DNA of 64,000 nucleotides from an uncultured Nitrososphaerota archaeon (GCA_963701075.1 OY969559.1:800001-864000), one strand, 5' to 3'; positions 1 to 9,905 are shown, numbered from the stretch's first letter. The notes: generated from the letters alone by a model not told the origin. Numbers and translations: made by a program.

Positions 1-443
1 ATGAAGTAGTACTTGTAACAGATCCGTTCACCCCTTATGTAAACCAGACCACCCATATGCAATTAAAAGTCTTTAACTACAATGAGGGACCTTATGGGGA
101 TAAATCAAACTATGCTTCAATTGGCGTCAATCACTTCCTAATGGGACTCAGGATATACTATAACGATCAGCTTGTAGATACAATTCCTCCCACACTACAC
201 AAAGGGGATTCGTGGAGCTTTGACTATGTATTTGCCAAATCAGGAAATCATGTGTTAAAAGTGGATCTTTATAACATAGATAAAGACGATAACTTGGAAA
301 CCTACATCTTTAACGTTCCAGTATTGACAAGCTATGGCCCAATTTTTTCCTATCTTATGGTTGCGGCCAGTGTAGCAGTTGCATCAATTCTTATTTGGAT
401 GAAGATCTCAATGTCAAAGCAGAAGAGACTATCTAAGATATAA
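1..443 (+). CDS. Membrane-anchored exported protein (Ig-like beta domain, C-terminal TM and basic tail); 5' end lies outside the window
   Basis: Frame is open to the window edge (EVVLVTDPFTPYVNQTTHMQLK...); C-terminal hydrophobic helix followed by a K/R tail. Confidence 0.7.
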   Translation, partial: EVVLVTDPFTPYVNQTTHMQLKVFNYNEGPYGDKSNYASIGVNHFLMGLRIYYNDQLVDTIPPTLHKGDSWSFDYVFAKSGNHVLKVDLYNIDKDDNLETYIFNVPVLTSYGPIFSYLMVAASVAVASILIWMKISMSKQKRLSKI

Positions 444-478
444 TGAAACAAAATTTAAAGTCACATCAAAAAACATCT

Positions 479-1048
479 TTATTCTATAAATGTAATTTCA
501 GCATTGACTAGGTATTTTTTGGGTATCTTGTATACTACAGTATTTTCTGTAATCTCAAATGTCACGGGGCACTCAAGCTGCCTGAACCCATATTCATAAA
601 ACGTCTTCCAATGCAATGAGCATTTTATGCCCATTCCATGTTTGATTACAAATGTCACAAAGTTTTTGCCCTCGATCTGACTAAATCCAAAACCCGCAGA
701 TTTTGCTCGCAACCTCAGGATGGTTACCCATTCACGGACTCCAAAACTTCCAGTCATGGAAAAAGACATATCTCTTGCAATTGTATTTCCAGCCATCTTT
801 GCAATATCTATGATTGTTTCTTCATCTAGATTGTCCAGAATGGTTGTAAGAACTGATCCTTCGACTGGAACCCATCCTGTTTTTGCTGACGATATGTCCC
901 AGTTAATAGCATGTGAAAGTAATTGATTGACTACTGCATTTAGAGTATGTCTCTCAAAATTAGCATAGTTTTTTAATTTCTTCAGTGTTTTTGAATCTAA
1001 TCTAAAAGTAACAGTACAGGTATGCTGATTATCTAAACCATATTTCAC
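479..1048 (-). CDS. Ribbon-helix-helix regulator with C-terminal putative ligand-binding (V4R-like) domain, paralogue 1
   Basis: TVTFRLD...LNAVVNQLL RHH signature; C-terminal KH.G motif shared with the 1828, 29857 and 49273 genes. Confidence 0.7.
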   Translation of the reverse strand: MKYGLDNQHTCTVTFRLDSKTLKKLKNYANFERHTLNAVVNQLLSHAINWDISSAKTGWVPVEGSVLTTILDNLDEETIIDIAKMAGNTIARDMSFSMTGSFGVREWVTILRLRAKSAGFGFSQIEGKNFVTFVIKHGMGIKCSLHWKTFYEYGFRQLECPVTFEITENTVVYKIPKKYLVNAEITFIE

Positions 1049-1072
1049 ATTAGTTCCATACCTTTCTTGTAA

Positions 1073-1492
1073 TTAATATCTGTGACACTCTGCCTGCTTT
1101 TTTATTAGCTGTAAAGCATGTTCTGCTTCAGATTGTAATTCCTCTAAAACACTTGCGGATTTGTCGCATGCAACTTCAAGTTTATAATTTATCTGAATTC
1201 TGATAATTACAATACCACCGTTGTCTATAATCATGATATCCTCTGTGCCAACAATAGGGCCTTTGGTCCACTGTATGTGGATTCCTTCTTTTGGAAATAG
1301 TGTTATCTTCTGCTGACATTTACTACCATTTGACAGGCGTATATCACGTGTTACTGTATTTCTATCTCTTGATATATTTTTGATACTGATAATATTTTTC
1401 CAATAATTTGGATCATTGTCTATTTTTGATATTATGTTCCATATCTTTTCAAAAGTAGCATTAACCTGTAGCATTATGTCGACCTCGACCAT
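1073..1492 (-). CDS. SRPBCC/START (polyketide cyclase-like) protein
   Basis: MVEVD...VNATFEKIWNII; close paralogue of 2423..2899; start placed at the ATG that aligns with the paralogue. Confidence 0.75.
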   Translation of the reverse strand: MVEVDIMLQVNATFEKIWNIISKIDNDPNYWKNIISIKNISRDRNTVTRDIRLSNGSKCQQKITLFPKEGIHIQWTKGPIVGTEDIMIIDNGGIVIIRIQINYKLEVACDKSASVLEELQSEAEHALQLIKKQAECHRY

Positions 1493-1528
1493 GTTGTATG
1501 ATCTGAAAACATGAAATAAATCCCTACA

Positions 1529-1542
1529 GTATACACTGCAAT
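1529..1542 (-). promoter_or_regulatory. Conserved motif ATTGCAGTGTATAC, 8 nt upstream of a TTTATT TATA box
   Basis: Same motif and spacing at 2374, 3829 and 41553. Confidence 0.7.
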
Positions 1543-1588
1543 AATGCAACAAAATTCAAAACTAATGCTAATTGAAATATTGAGTATG

Positions 1589-1618
1589 GCCTTCCAAGTA
1601 CAGGACAACTTGGAAGGC
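1589..1618. other. Perfect 11-bp stem hairpin (GCCTTCCAAGT-8 nt-ACTTGGAAGGC)
   Basis: Inverted repeat read directly. Confidence 0.6.
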
Positions 1619-1643
1619 TGGCATAAAGTTTAGATCTCACTAA

Positions 1644-1721
1644 TGGAGATGACCAATTTGTTCAAGGACTTCAATACATGATAACAAATGGCATAATCAA
1701 GATCAATTCCTAATCTTTACA
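1644..1721 (+). repeat. 78-bp perfect inverted copy of 3870-3947 (3' end of the surface-protein gene, including its stop codon)
   Basis: Base-by-base reverse-complement match. Confidence 0.9.
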
Positions 1722-1827
1722 AGCGCTAACTAGAATCTAGTCATAGCATTTTCACATACATTAGATAGTTTCCAAAGAAGAGAACTAGAAATATTAAAAG
1801 TCTACATAGTTTATCAATTCTGTAAGA

Positions 1828-2358
1828 TTGAGCCAACCATCCAAGAAAACGCTTACAATGACATTTCGGTTAGATGAGCAGATAATTAAAAAACTACGAC
1901 TTGAATCAGATAACCGCCAGATAAGCACAAACACGCTCGTAAATCAAGCCTTGAGGCGATTCTTGGAATGGGGCATGTTTGAGCCTACCGCAGGCTTTGT
2001 TATGATAAACAAGCCTGTTTTTTCAGAAGTCTTTGACAAGCTTACACAAAAAGAAATAGTTGACATAGCCTCTCGCGTTGGTAAAAACGAGGTAAGAGAC
2101 ATCGCATTATTTATGAAAGGAAATACCGATCTGTCGTCCTTTTTGTCATGGTTTGAAATACGAATGATAAATTCAGCTGTACAAGTAAGTCACTCAAATA
2201 ACGATGGCTTTCACACTTATGTGATGAAACATGACATTGGAAGGAATTGGTCAATATATCACAAGACCATTTTAGAATTGATCTTCCAAGAAGTTTTCAA
2301 TCAAAAAATCCCTGTAAAAGCTGATAAAAATACTATTTCATTCCAGTTTTTAGAATGA
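1828..2358 (+). CDS. RHH + putative ligand-binding domain regulator, paralogue 2
   Basis: TMTFRLD...STNTLVNQAL; RDIALFMKG, FLSWFE and KHDIGRNWS motifs. Confidence 0.8.
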   Translation: MSQPSKKTLTMTFRLDEQIIKKLRLESDNRQISTNTLVNQALRRFLEWGMFEPTAGFVMINKPVFSEVFDKLTQKEIVDIASRVGKNEVRDIALFMKGNTDLSSFLSWFEIRMINSAVQVSHSNNDGFHTYVMKHDIGRNWSIYHKTILELIFQEVFNQKIPVKADKNTISFQFLE

Positions 2359-2373
2359 ATCTCCGTTTGCTGT

Positions 2374-2387
2374 ATTACAGTGTATAC
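2374..2387 (+). promoter_or_regulatory. Motif ATTACAGTGTATAC, 8 nt upstream of a TTTATC TATA box
   Basis: One mismatch to the 1529/3829 copies, same spacing. Confidence 0.7.
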
Positions 2388-2422
2388 TCTATACATTTAT
2401 CCTGAATTTACTACTTTATCTC

Positions 2423-2899
2423 ATGGTTGAGATTGACGCAAGAATACAGATCAATGCACCACAAGAAAAGGTATGGAAGATAATATCAAAAATTGATAAT
2501 GATCTGGCGTACTGGAAAGGAGCAACGGGTATCAGAAATATATCAAAAGAACAAAATGTCATAACTAGATACGTGTTTCTTGGAAAAGATACCAAATGTC
2601 AACAGAGAGTGATCATCTTTCCAAAAGAAGGCGTTCACATAAAGTGGCTTAAAGGTCCAATCATGGGGGTAAAGGATATACTGCTTTCTGCGCATGGAAA
2701 TACAACTACGCTTGAGATTCAAATGAATTATACACTATCTGGTGTTGCAGGCCTATTTTCGAAAAACACTATAAAGGAGTTACAAAGTGAAGCAGAGCTT
2801 GCTTTGCAGTTGATAAAAGAAGAATCAGAGGGAATACAACAAAATCCCGTATTGGAAGAAAGAAGATTATGGGCAGATCTCATACATGACAAGAAATAA
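2423..2899 (+). CDS. SRPBCC/START family protein
   Basis: INAPQEKVWKII N-terminal SRPBCC pattern. Confidence 0.8.
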   Translation: MVEIDARIQINAPQEKVWKIISKIDNDLAYWKGATGIRNISKEQNVITRYVFLGKDTKCQQRVIIFPKEGVHIKWLKGPIMGVKDILLSAHGNTTTLEIQMNYTLSGVAGLFSKNTIKELQSEAELALQLIKEESEGIQQNPVLEERRLWADLIHDKK

Positions 2900-2980
2900 C
2901 AAGAAATAACACAAAATAAAGTTTAGACGTTATAATACTTAAATTGAAAAATACATCTCCAATCTATGAAAACAATGTTG

Positions 2981-3448
2981 TTAAGATGTTAGCGCCCCAT
3001 GAACAATATCTATCTCACCCTTCATCCATGGATGAACTTGACAGTAATACGGAATTTGAGCCTCTTGAGTAAACAAGAAGGTGTACTGTTTTCCAGGCAG
3101 TATTGCATCGGAACCAAAATCGCCACTGTAAGAGTCTTTGTAAGACTTATCAGGGGTGACATAATGTGCTGCAGTGTCATGGTTTGTCCATACTGCTAGG
3201 TTATCTACGCCAAGTTGTGCCTCTATCTTCTTTGGTACAAAGTTTTGTTCTTGATCTTGGTTTACTGATCCCTCAACAATTGTAATTTGGGTAGTCTGTC
3301 CAGGCTTTAGAATCTTTTCTGGTATGATTGGTTTTGCGTTGTACTCTGGCACATAATATAGTTGATAGTACCCTATCCCTATTGCAGACCCGACAATAAC
3401 TGCAATCAATCCAATTCCATATGCATGACTTGAGACAGGTATGTTCAT
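2981..3448 (-). CDS. Membrane-anchored cupredoxin (plastocyanin/azurin family)
   Basis: N-terminal TM; type-1 Cu ligands in WTNHDTAAH...YYCQVHPWM. Confidence 0.85.
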   Translation of the reverse strand: MNIPVSSHAYGIGLIAVIVGSAIGIGYYQLYYVPEYNAKPIIPEKILKPGQTTQITIVEGSVNQDQEQNFVPKKIEAQLGVDNLAVWTNHDTAAHYVTPDKSYKDSYSGDFGSDAILPGKQYTFLFTQEAQIPYYCQVHPWMKGEIDIVHGALTS

Positions 3449-3482
3449 TTTTGGTTCAAGATATATCGAATTTTTATAAAAA

Positions 3483-3791
3483 TCATGTCTTTTTTGCAAT
3501 CTCTTTTGGCAATTCGTTAGTGTAGATCTTTAGAAGGCACAGGTTGCTGGCATACCTCATTTCCCACCTACCGCACTTGCCTACAACATACTTTACATTT
3601 AACAAGTTTTGACAAACTAATCTATTGAGTTTTCTGTATGCAGTACTTTCTGCAATGTTGCACTCTGATATAACCTGCTGAGCTGACTTTGGCAAATCCC
3701 GTGTTGATTCCAGTATTGCTCTTGCATCTCTGTCCGATATAGCTTCAAAGGTTTCATCTTTATTTTTGAGATCAATAATTCTTTGTGCCGT
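3483..3791 (-). CDS. Winged-helix (ArsR-like) regulator; probable start is an ACG at 3791
   Basis: ISDRDARAILESTRDLPKSAQQVISECNIAESTAYRKL; frame is open to 3791 with no ATG; paralogue of 49876. Confidence 0.7.
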   Translation of the reverse strand, partial: TAQRIIDLKNKDETFEAISDRDARAILESTRDLPKSAQQVISECNIAESTAYRKLNRLVCQNLLNVKYVVGKCGRWEMRYASNLCLLKIYTNELPKEIAKKT

Positions 3792-3828
3792 AAATTACAA
3801 AAGCACAAAATGAGAATAAATGTACAAG

Positions 3829-3842
3829 GTATACACTGCAAT
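3829..3842 (-). promoter_or_regulatory. Motif ATTGCAGTGTATAC, 8 nt upstream of a TTTATT TATA box
   Basis: Identical to 1529-1542. Confidence 0.7.
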
Positions 3843-3877
3843 ACAGACTCCTAGCGTCATACTAATGCCTGTAAAGA

Positions 3878-5423
3878 TTAGGAATTGATCTTGATTATGC
3901 CATTTGTTATCATGTATTGAAGTCCTTGAACAAATTGGTCATCTCCAATCTGTCCGCTGGCCCACCAACCTGCATTATTTTTAATCCATGCAGGAATTGG
4001 CTGAGTTCCTGATGTTGTGTTTGCGCTGCCGGACTGTGTGGGTATTTGTATTATTCCATGTTGTATCATGTATTGAAGTCCTTGAACAAATTGGTCATCT
4101 CCAATTTGTCCCTGTGACCACCACTTGGCATTGTTTTTGATCCATGCCGGAATTACCGTAGTTGGGGCTGCAGTGGAACTAGTGGTGTTCATCACCATAT
4201 TGGGCGGTGTTATGCTAGCTGTAGTGCTAGAGGAATTGGTGGTACTAGAACCTCCAAATGGCGGCAACGTATTGACTGTTATGTTTATTGAACCTGCTAG
4301 GCTTTCATCAGTAAGGCCAGATGCTGGTCCAGTGCCTGCAACATTGATTACGTAATTGGCTGATGGTGGAGGCTGGGTCTCTATGAAGATCTGCTCGTCA
4401 TCTCCTACCGCAGAGTATATGTCAGTCCTTCCAATACTTTGGGCAAGTGAACTAAGCTCATGGCCTTGGTTATCCACAGTATAGATATCATAGTGCACGT
4501 CTGAGATTTTTTGAGTTGCAGAATACACCTGTTCAAACGATATCCTCCAGTCCATGGGACATCCCTGGTGAGGCACAGATGGAGCGTAAAGATACTCTAT
4601 GGCAGCAGAATTAGAATCAGTGGTTTGGACATTATGAACAGAATCTGTGTTAAAGTTTGGTGTTGGACACTCTGGGCTTGATCCAAGCATTCCAGTTGAT
4701 TGGACATCCAGAAATGCTGGGGGTTGTTGACTGTTTCCATTTTCTAGCATGTTAAACTGAAACCCGATGGTAGGGGCTCCGCTTGTTTTAATCGCATACA
4801 CTTTGGCCTTTATCGGATAGGGCAGTGTTGGGTCGGCCCAGATATAGCCTGTCAATTCCGCTATCGCGAAAAGTGATAGTAGATGCCTGGAATGTGCCTG
4901 CTGGAACGGTAACAGTTTGCATTCCCACTGAACCTATTGTGGCCTCACCGAAAAGTCCAGCACGACCCCAGACCGGACTTAATATATCGATAGGAGAGGC
5001 TTGGGTTGAAAATGCATCAAGCCATCCCAAAGTAAGCTTGTAAAGGTTTGCATAATCTGCCATGTTAGGGTCATAAGATACAGGATCAGGAGTGACAAGT
5101 CCTATCGTAACTATGCCTTTCTGGATTATAGAACCGTCATGTACCACCATCTCCAAATTAAGATCGTTGCTTGTTTGGTTCTTTACCCAAAAATCCATCT
5201 CTACTAGCGCACCATTGTGCCAGTTTACGTCACCCAAGCTATATCTGTAGTAATCTCCTTGTTTTAGTCCCTCTCCTGGATACCACGTAGTTGCAAATGC
5301 ATTAGGAATGACCGTAAGAGTGCCAACTGTAATTATTGACGCCAACATGGCCGCTACCGCGAAAGAATTAATCTTTATGCCCAAACTATCTTTGATATAT
5401 TTTTGAGTACTAATAAACCTCAT
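3878..5423 (-). CDS. Exported surface protein with two C-terminal IPAWIKNNAxWW domains; split by a +1 base at about 4848
   Basis: Signal peptide in 4788..5423; deleting one C in AGCCT joins it to 3878..4855 (RDSGIDSYIWADP); exact start uncertain. Confidence 0.75.
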
Positions 5424-5844
5424 TAAACTATGTTAATGGTTACGGATTTCGCAGCTTGCGGATGCCCTGTACGTATATTGTAGTTAAGATATATTTATGA
5501 AAACATTGAAGATGTATTTTTGTGCTGAAAGAAGGTATTTAGTTTATTATGCAATTCTCTTGATCGCTTGTTTTTACTGGAAACAGTGCCTTAATTTCTG
5601 CCACGCAAATAAAGAGTCCTATAAGGAATATTTGCTGTATCATCAGCTTTGCTATTTTCGTACATATCTATAACCCGAGATTTTTATCTGCTCTTTATTG
5701 AAATAAACAATATGCCAGAGCATAGCAGAATAACAGTTTTATAATTACTTTCCATGCCTGTCAAAGGGATGTTTTTCGATTCAATGTATTTGTAAATTTT
5801 AACAGCTTGGATACTTTATAGCAAAACCGACAATTGAAATTCTT

Positions 5845-6730
5845 GTGGACGTAAAAAAAATTCCAGAACTATTGTCACTATCCGAACATCCTGTAGGTTT
5901 TGGCGGATGCAGAAATAATGAATATCATCTTGATTGTTGTGAGTACAATATCAGCGTCTTCGATGACAAGTTAGGTGAATCAGTTCATGATCTTTCTGGA
6001 AACCTGATAAAACTACATCACTGTTCCCTCTCAGAGTCCAACGTTTCGATTTTAACTCAATTGGAAAACTTGACTATACTTTATGATGATCAGTGGAAGC
6101 TACGAATGTTTCTGGCAAAAATAAAGGAAAAGAAGGAAAAAATCCTAAATTCATACACACAAAGTCTGTCTTGTTGATGCAGGAATCTTTGCAAACAAAG
6201 CCAAGGAAGCAGTAAAAACTAATGATCCTTTTGCTGCAATATGGACAAAATGTGCTTCATATTTTCTCGCAGATGCACTATTCTCAATTAACTCAAAACG
6301 GCCTAGTCCTACTCACATGTTGGAAATAACTAGGAATCTGAAAAAAAACGAGATTAATCAAGCCTTTTCCGTAATACATCAAATACTTGGTGTGGAAAGG
6401 GCTTCCACCTCAGTTCTTCCAAGAATGGTGAAATCAACTATGGGATTTTCTGACATGGTTGAAAATAATGGTCACTCAAAGATCATCAAAAGAAAGTACG
6501 ATTATCTAGTTGAAAACTTGCTATTGTCTGATTGCTATTTCTATTTGGGGTACATAAACAGGAACAATATAGTGAAAATAAAAAACCAGATTCATAAAAA
6601 CCCGGAATATATCCATGTGTTAAAGGTAGCACTTGATATCGAAAGCGATCAACTGGTTGTAGACAAGCAAGCAAATGCACTATTACAAAGAGTAAATGAG
6701 CTTCTTGTGGATATAAAAGATCAAAAATAA
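5845..6730 (+). CDS. Conserved hypothetical protein (possibly nucleotidyltransferase-like); split by a +1 base at about 6165
   Basis: Deleting T in AGTCT fuses 5845..6177 and 6317..6730 through an open intervening frame. Confidence 0.65.
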
Positions 6731-6793
6731 CACGCTGTGGTTTACTTGAATTTTTTTAATAACCTTTAAAACCCTGTAGGAGATCTTCCAGAT

Positions 6794-6937
6794 ATGACAG
6801 ACGCAGCATGTGGATGCGACTCAGCAATAGAAAACAAAACAGAATGCGATTGCGCAATGCAAGGCGAATGCTATTGTGACGCTAATTGTTCTTGCAAAGC
6901 ATCAGTTTGTAAGGAACAGGTAGCATCATTCAGATAG
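6794..6937 (+). CDS. 47-aa Cys-rich metallothionein-like protein
   Basis: MTDAACGCDSAIENKTECDCAMQGECYCDANCSCKASVCKEQVASFR; 9 Cys including four CxC; TTTAAA box upstream, T-tract downstream; paralogue at 30830. Confidence 0.8.
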   Translation: MTDAACGCDSAIENKTECDCAMQGECYCDANCSCKASVCKEQVASFR

Positions 6938-6947
6938 GTTTTAACCC

Positions 6948-6965
6948 TTTTTTCTTTTATTTTTT
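6948..6965 (+). terminator. Oligo-T terminator
   Basis: T-rich tract directly after the small ORF, between convergent genes. Confidence 0.5.
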
Positions 6966-6973
6966 ATAAAATA

Positions 6974-7144
6974 CTACTTTTCGTCCTCGTCTTTGATTCC
7001 CCATGTTCTTACAAGCTCTTTTTGGAACTTATCCACCTGCTTTTCGTTTAAGGAATCTCCGCAATTCTTGTGTGTTGGAACTACTACCATACCGTCCAAC
7101 TTGAATTCAACTTCATACATGTGGACTTTTTCACACTCGCACAT
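6974..7144 (-). CDS. 56-aa small protein with CxC..H and H..C motifs (possible metal binder)
   Basis: MCECEKVHMYEVEFKLDGMVVVPTHKNCGDSL...WGIKDEDEK; below the ORF-track cutoff. Confidence 0.7.
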   Translation of the reverse strand: MCECEKVHMYEVEFKLDGMVVVPTHKNCGDSLNEKQVDKFQKELVRTWGIKDEDEK

Positions 7145-7221
7145 GTGCGAAGTACATAACGTTCCACTATATTTGCTTATTTGAAACCTTTAACTATAAG
7201 ACGGCGAGGTAGCTGAAATAG

Positions 7222-7899
7222 ATGGCCAACATTAAACTGGTGGCAATTTTTACTATTGTTGTAGTGTCAGCTGCTGCAGGGCTGATGTGGCCGTTTTTTA
7301 CAAATCTGCATTTTACCCCCCTACTATCAAGTACGGCAAGCCAGTGGCAGATGGGAAAAGGGTCTCAATATGATCCTGAGATGGTGTATCAAGTCTCTTT
7401 TAATAACACCAACTTCACAGCAGACATGAAGTTTTTGCCTATGCAAGGCCAGAATCAGAGCTTGCTTGTACAGATAAAACCTAGCGGTAGTGACAAAATA
7501 ATAAATCAGACAGTACAAATTGGTCTTGTTTACGATTATCCAAACGTATCTGGTGAAGCAAAACCATACTTTGACATGTTAGATCAATCAGTCTTTTCCA
7601 TGCGTGATTTTGCAACTACTAGCCAATATCTTGTAAAAGGCGCTGACTGGGGAGACATGTACATAGGAGCAAATCACGAAACACTTGATGTGACAGATAC
7701 AGGAAACATGACCTTTGGATTTGGCTCGGCAAATGCATACTTGATATCTTACAGAATAGGTGCAAATGAAAACAAAATCTGGATTGTAGATAATTTGCCA
7801 CTCCCTGTAAAGTCTCAGATATATGATTTTAATGGCACTATGGTTTATAATTTTGAATTGGTCTCACTCAAGGCTCCGTCTACTCCTGGATTTAGCTGA
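7222..7899 (+). CDS. Membrane-anchored exported protein; paralogue of 28187..28873
   Basis: N-terminal TM; shared W.MGKGSQY, AKPYFDMLD and DNLPLPVK motifs. Confidence 0.75.
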   Translation: MANIKLVAIFTIVVVSAAAGLMWPFFTNLHFTPLLSSTASQWQMGKGSQYDPEMVYQVSFNNTNFTADMKFLPMQGQNQSLLVQIKPSGSDKIINQTVQIGLVYDYPNVSGEAKPYFDMLDQSVFSMRDFATTSQYLVKGADWGDMYIGANHETLDVTDTGNMTFGFGSANAYLISYRIGANENKIWIVDNLPLPVKSQIYDFNGTMVYNFELVSLKAPSTPGFS

Positions 7900-8369
7900 T
7901 AACAGTTAATCAAAAGCCAGTCGCAAAACTTTGATATGCTATCATCGAATTTGCCCCACACATGCAAAGATGCGGGCAATATGTCCAGCCTTAAATTTTC
8001 TAACATGACTCTGACCCCCTCTTTTCCTTCATACATGTACGCATCCTGCACTTGGGGCTTGTCTAGCATCTCTACAGCTTTTGATTTTATCAAATCTCGA
8101 GCAATTGAAAAATTCCTGCTATTTCGCTGAAAGACCATTCCGATATTCTCTGTTCCATATGATTCAAAATCCTCGATCTTTCCTCTTTGAGGAAAATTCA
8201 ATGAAAGAATTATACCATGTTTTTTCCCTACTTTTAAAGCAGTTTCATTTATTATAGTAAATGCCATCGCTGGATTTTTTTTCAAAAGGATTCTGATCTG
8301 TGGCATGTTTGATCCAAGTTCGGCTCTAAGTTCGGCAGTAATTGAGGAAAAGATCATAATTACAAACAA
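7845..8369 (-). CDS. Hypothetical protein
   Basis: 174-aa ORF with plausible composition; 3' end overlaps the convergent gene. Confidence 0.6.
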   Translation of the reverse strand: MFVIMIFSSITAELRAELGSNMPQIRILLKKNPAMAFTIINETALKVGKKHGIILSLNFPQRGKIEDFESYGTENIGMVFQRNSRNFSIARDLIKSKAVEMLDKPQVQDAYMYEGKEGVRVMLENLRLDILPASLHVWGKFDDSISKFCDWLLINCYQLNPGVDGALSETNSKL

Positions 8370-8427
8370 GAAATTTTCTCATATATTTATTGAGTTTACT
8401 TAATTACCGGTTTCCTATTATTTACTC

Positions 8428-9069
8428 ATGCTTCCACTTGACAAAGATGGGGTTCCGCACGATGAGGGCTCAGAAAGAGCTTCAAGCGTTGAAGACTATA
8501 AGGTAACATGCATACAGTTCATCAAGGACATTAGCGGCGACTATCTTGCATGGGTAGATTATTACAAACTTCCGCCAGATGAGGACAAAAAAAGGAGGGA
8601 TCGAATACATGCAATAGTGGAACGCACAAATGAATGGATTGCCAAAGTTGCAACCACCATCAAGGCAGTTGACGTCGTGATGAATGATGGAATTCAGAAA
8701 ATGGCAGAAAACACCGCGGGCTATCCTTTTCAGATTGGGGTCTTTGTAAACAATGCGTCTGGATACACACTTGCAAAGCCTGGCATGGTAGATATCAACA
8801 TCAAAGCAGTTGGAAGAGATGGCTCCAAAGTAAAGCTAGGCTGGCACCAAAAGGAAAAGAGATTTCTCACAAATTCCACAAGCCCTGTTACAATTGATGA
8901 ACCAAGTGATGCAGCGCAGGAGTTTGAAATGTTGGATTTGCACCTAAATATGGATGCTCAAAAATGCCATCCGCGAGATGTCATATCATTTACTGTAATA
9001 GTGATTGAAACAAAAGATGGTCAAGAATATGAACGACGAGGTACTACCACAATCATTCACATGGGATAA
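8428..9069 (+). CDS. Hypothetical protein
   Basis: 213-aa ORF with upstream TATA-like element. Confidence 0.65.
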   Translation: MLPLDKDGVPHDEGSERASSVEDYKVTCIQFIKDISGDYLAWVDYYKLPPDEDKKRRDRIHAIVERTNEWIAKVATTIKAVDVVMNDGIQKMAENTAGYPFQIGVFVNNASGYTLAKPGMVDINIKAVGRDGSKVKLGWHQKEKRFLTNSTSPVTIDEPSDAAQEFEMLDLHLNMDAQKCHPRDVISFTVIVIETKDGQEYERRGTTTIIHMG

Positions 9070-9370
9070 CTTCAAGCACTATTCTTGAATCCTCGGCTCG
9101 CCTGTCAGCATATTTCATACGAGATATCTTTTTTGTCAATTCTTCGTCCTTGACTAGCGATGCATAACCTGGAAATGTTGTATCGTTTATCGTTATCTTG
9201 ACTAGTGGGGTCACAATTGCATTTTTTAGCCAATCACTATCTGGATTTCTTCTTGAAAAATAGAACTTGCCATCATGAAATACCGCTCTGAGCTCTACGG
9301 CATGTTCTTTTCCAGTCTTTCTTCCTGTTGTGGCTAGAATGCAAGTAAATGGCCCCTCCTTGAACTTCAC
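9053..9370 (-). CDS. Deazaflavin-dependent nitroreductase (DDN-like) split beta-barrel protein
   Basis: LATTGRKTGK...SDWLKN motif. Confidence 0.75.
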   Translation of the reverse strand: MKFKEGPFTCILATTGRKTGKEHAVELRAVFHDGKFYFSRRNPDSDWLKNAIVTPLVKITINDTTFPGYASLVKDEELTKKISRMKYADRRAEDSRIVLEVIPCE

Positions 9371-9458
9371 AGGTATAATTTCTGTTATAAAGAATTTAAC
9401 CCATTAGATTGAAAACTCTGATACCTAATTCAATAAACTGACTTGGCAACTCTCGTGT

Positions 9459-9905
9459 ATGGCAACCTCGCTAGAATTTAACAGAAATCAGATAAAGGCA
9501 GACGAGTTTAAAGGAAAAAAAGTCATCGACAGAGAAGGAATAGCATACGGTAAGGTAAAGCACGTACACATAAACTCTGATACACTAGAAGTGGTAGGGG
9601 TCACAGTCCATGAGGGATTTGGCAAGGACTACTTTCTGTCACGAGATTATGTGGATAGATTTACTGAAGAATCTGTCTTACTTTCCTCAGCACCGATAAG
9701 AACCGACATAACTGTGGTTGATATTGACGGCAAAAAGGTTGGAAAGGTAAAACGACTTCACATGAACAAAGATACAAACGAACTTGAATCAATCGAAGTA
9801 ACCGAGGGTCTTACCGGCTCGAGAATATTCCACACATCTGAGATTTGGGGTGTTGGAGAGAAGATTATTCTCAGACTGACAAAAGACGAATACAAAAAAC
9901 CTTAA
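9459..9905 (+). CDS. Tandem PRC-barrel protein
   Basis: Two V.D..G...GKV repeats. Confidence 0.8.
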   Translation: MATSLEFNRNQIKADEFKGKKVIDREGIAYGKVKHVHINSDTLEVVGVTVHEGFGKDYFLSRDYVDRFTEESVLLSSAPIRTDITVVDIDGKKVGKVKRLHMNKDTNELESIEVTEGLTGSRIFHTSEIWGVGEKIILRLTKDEYKKP

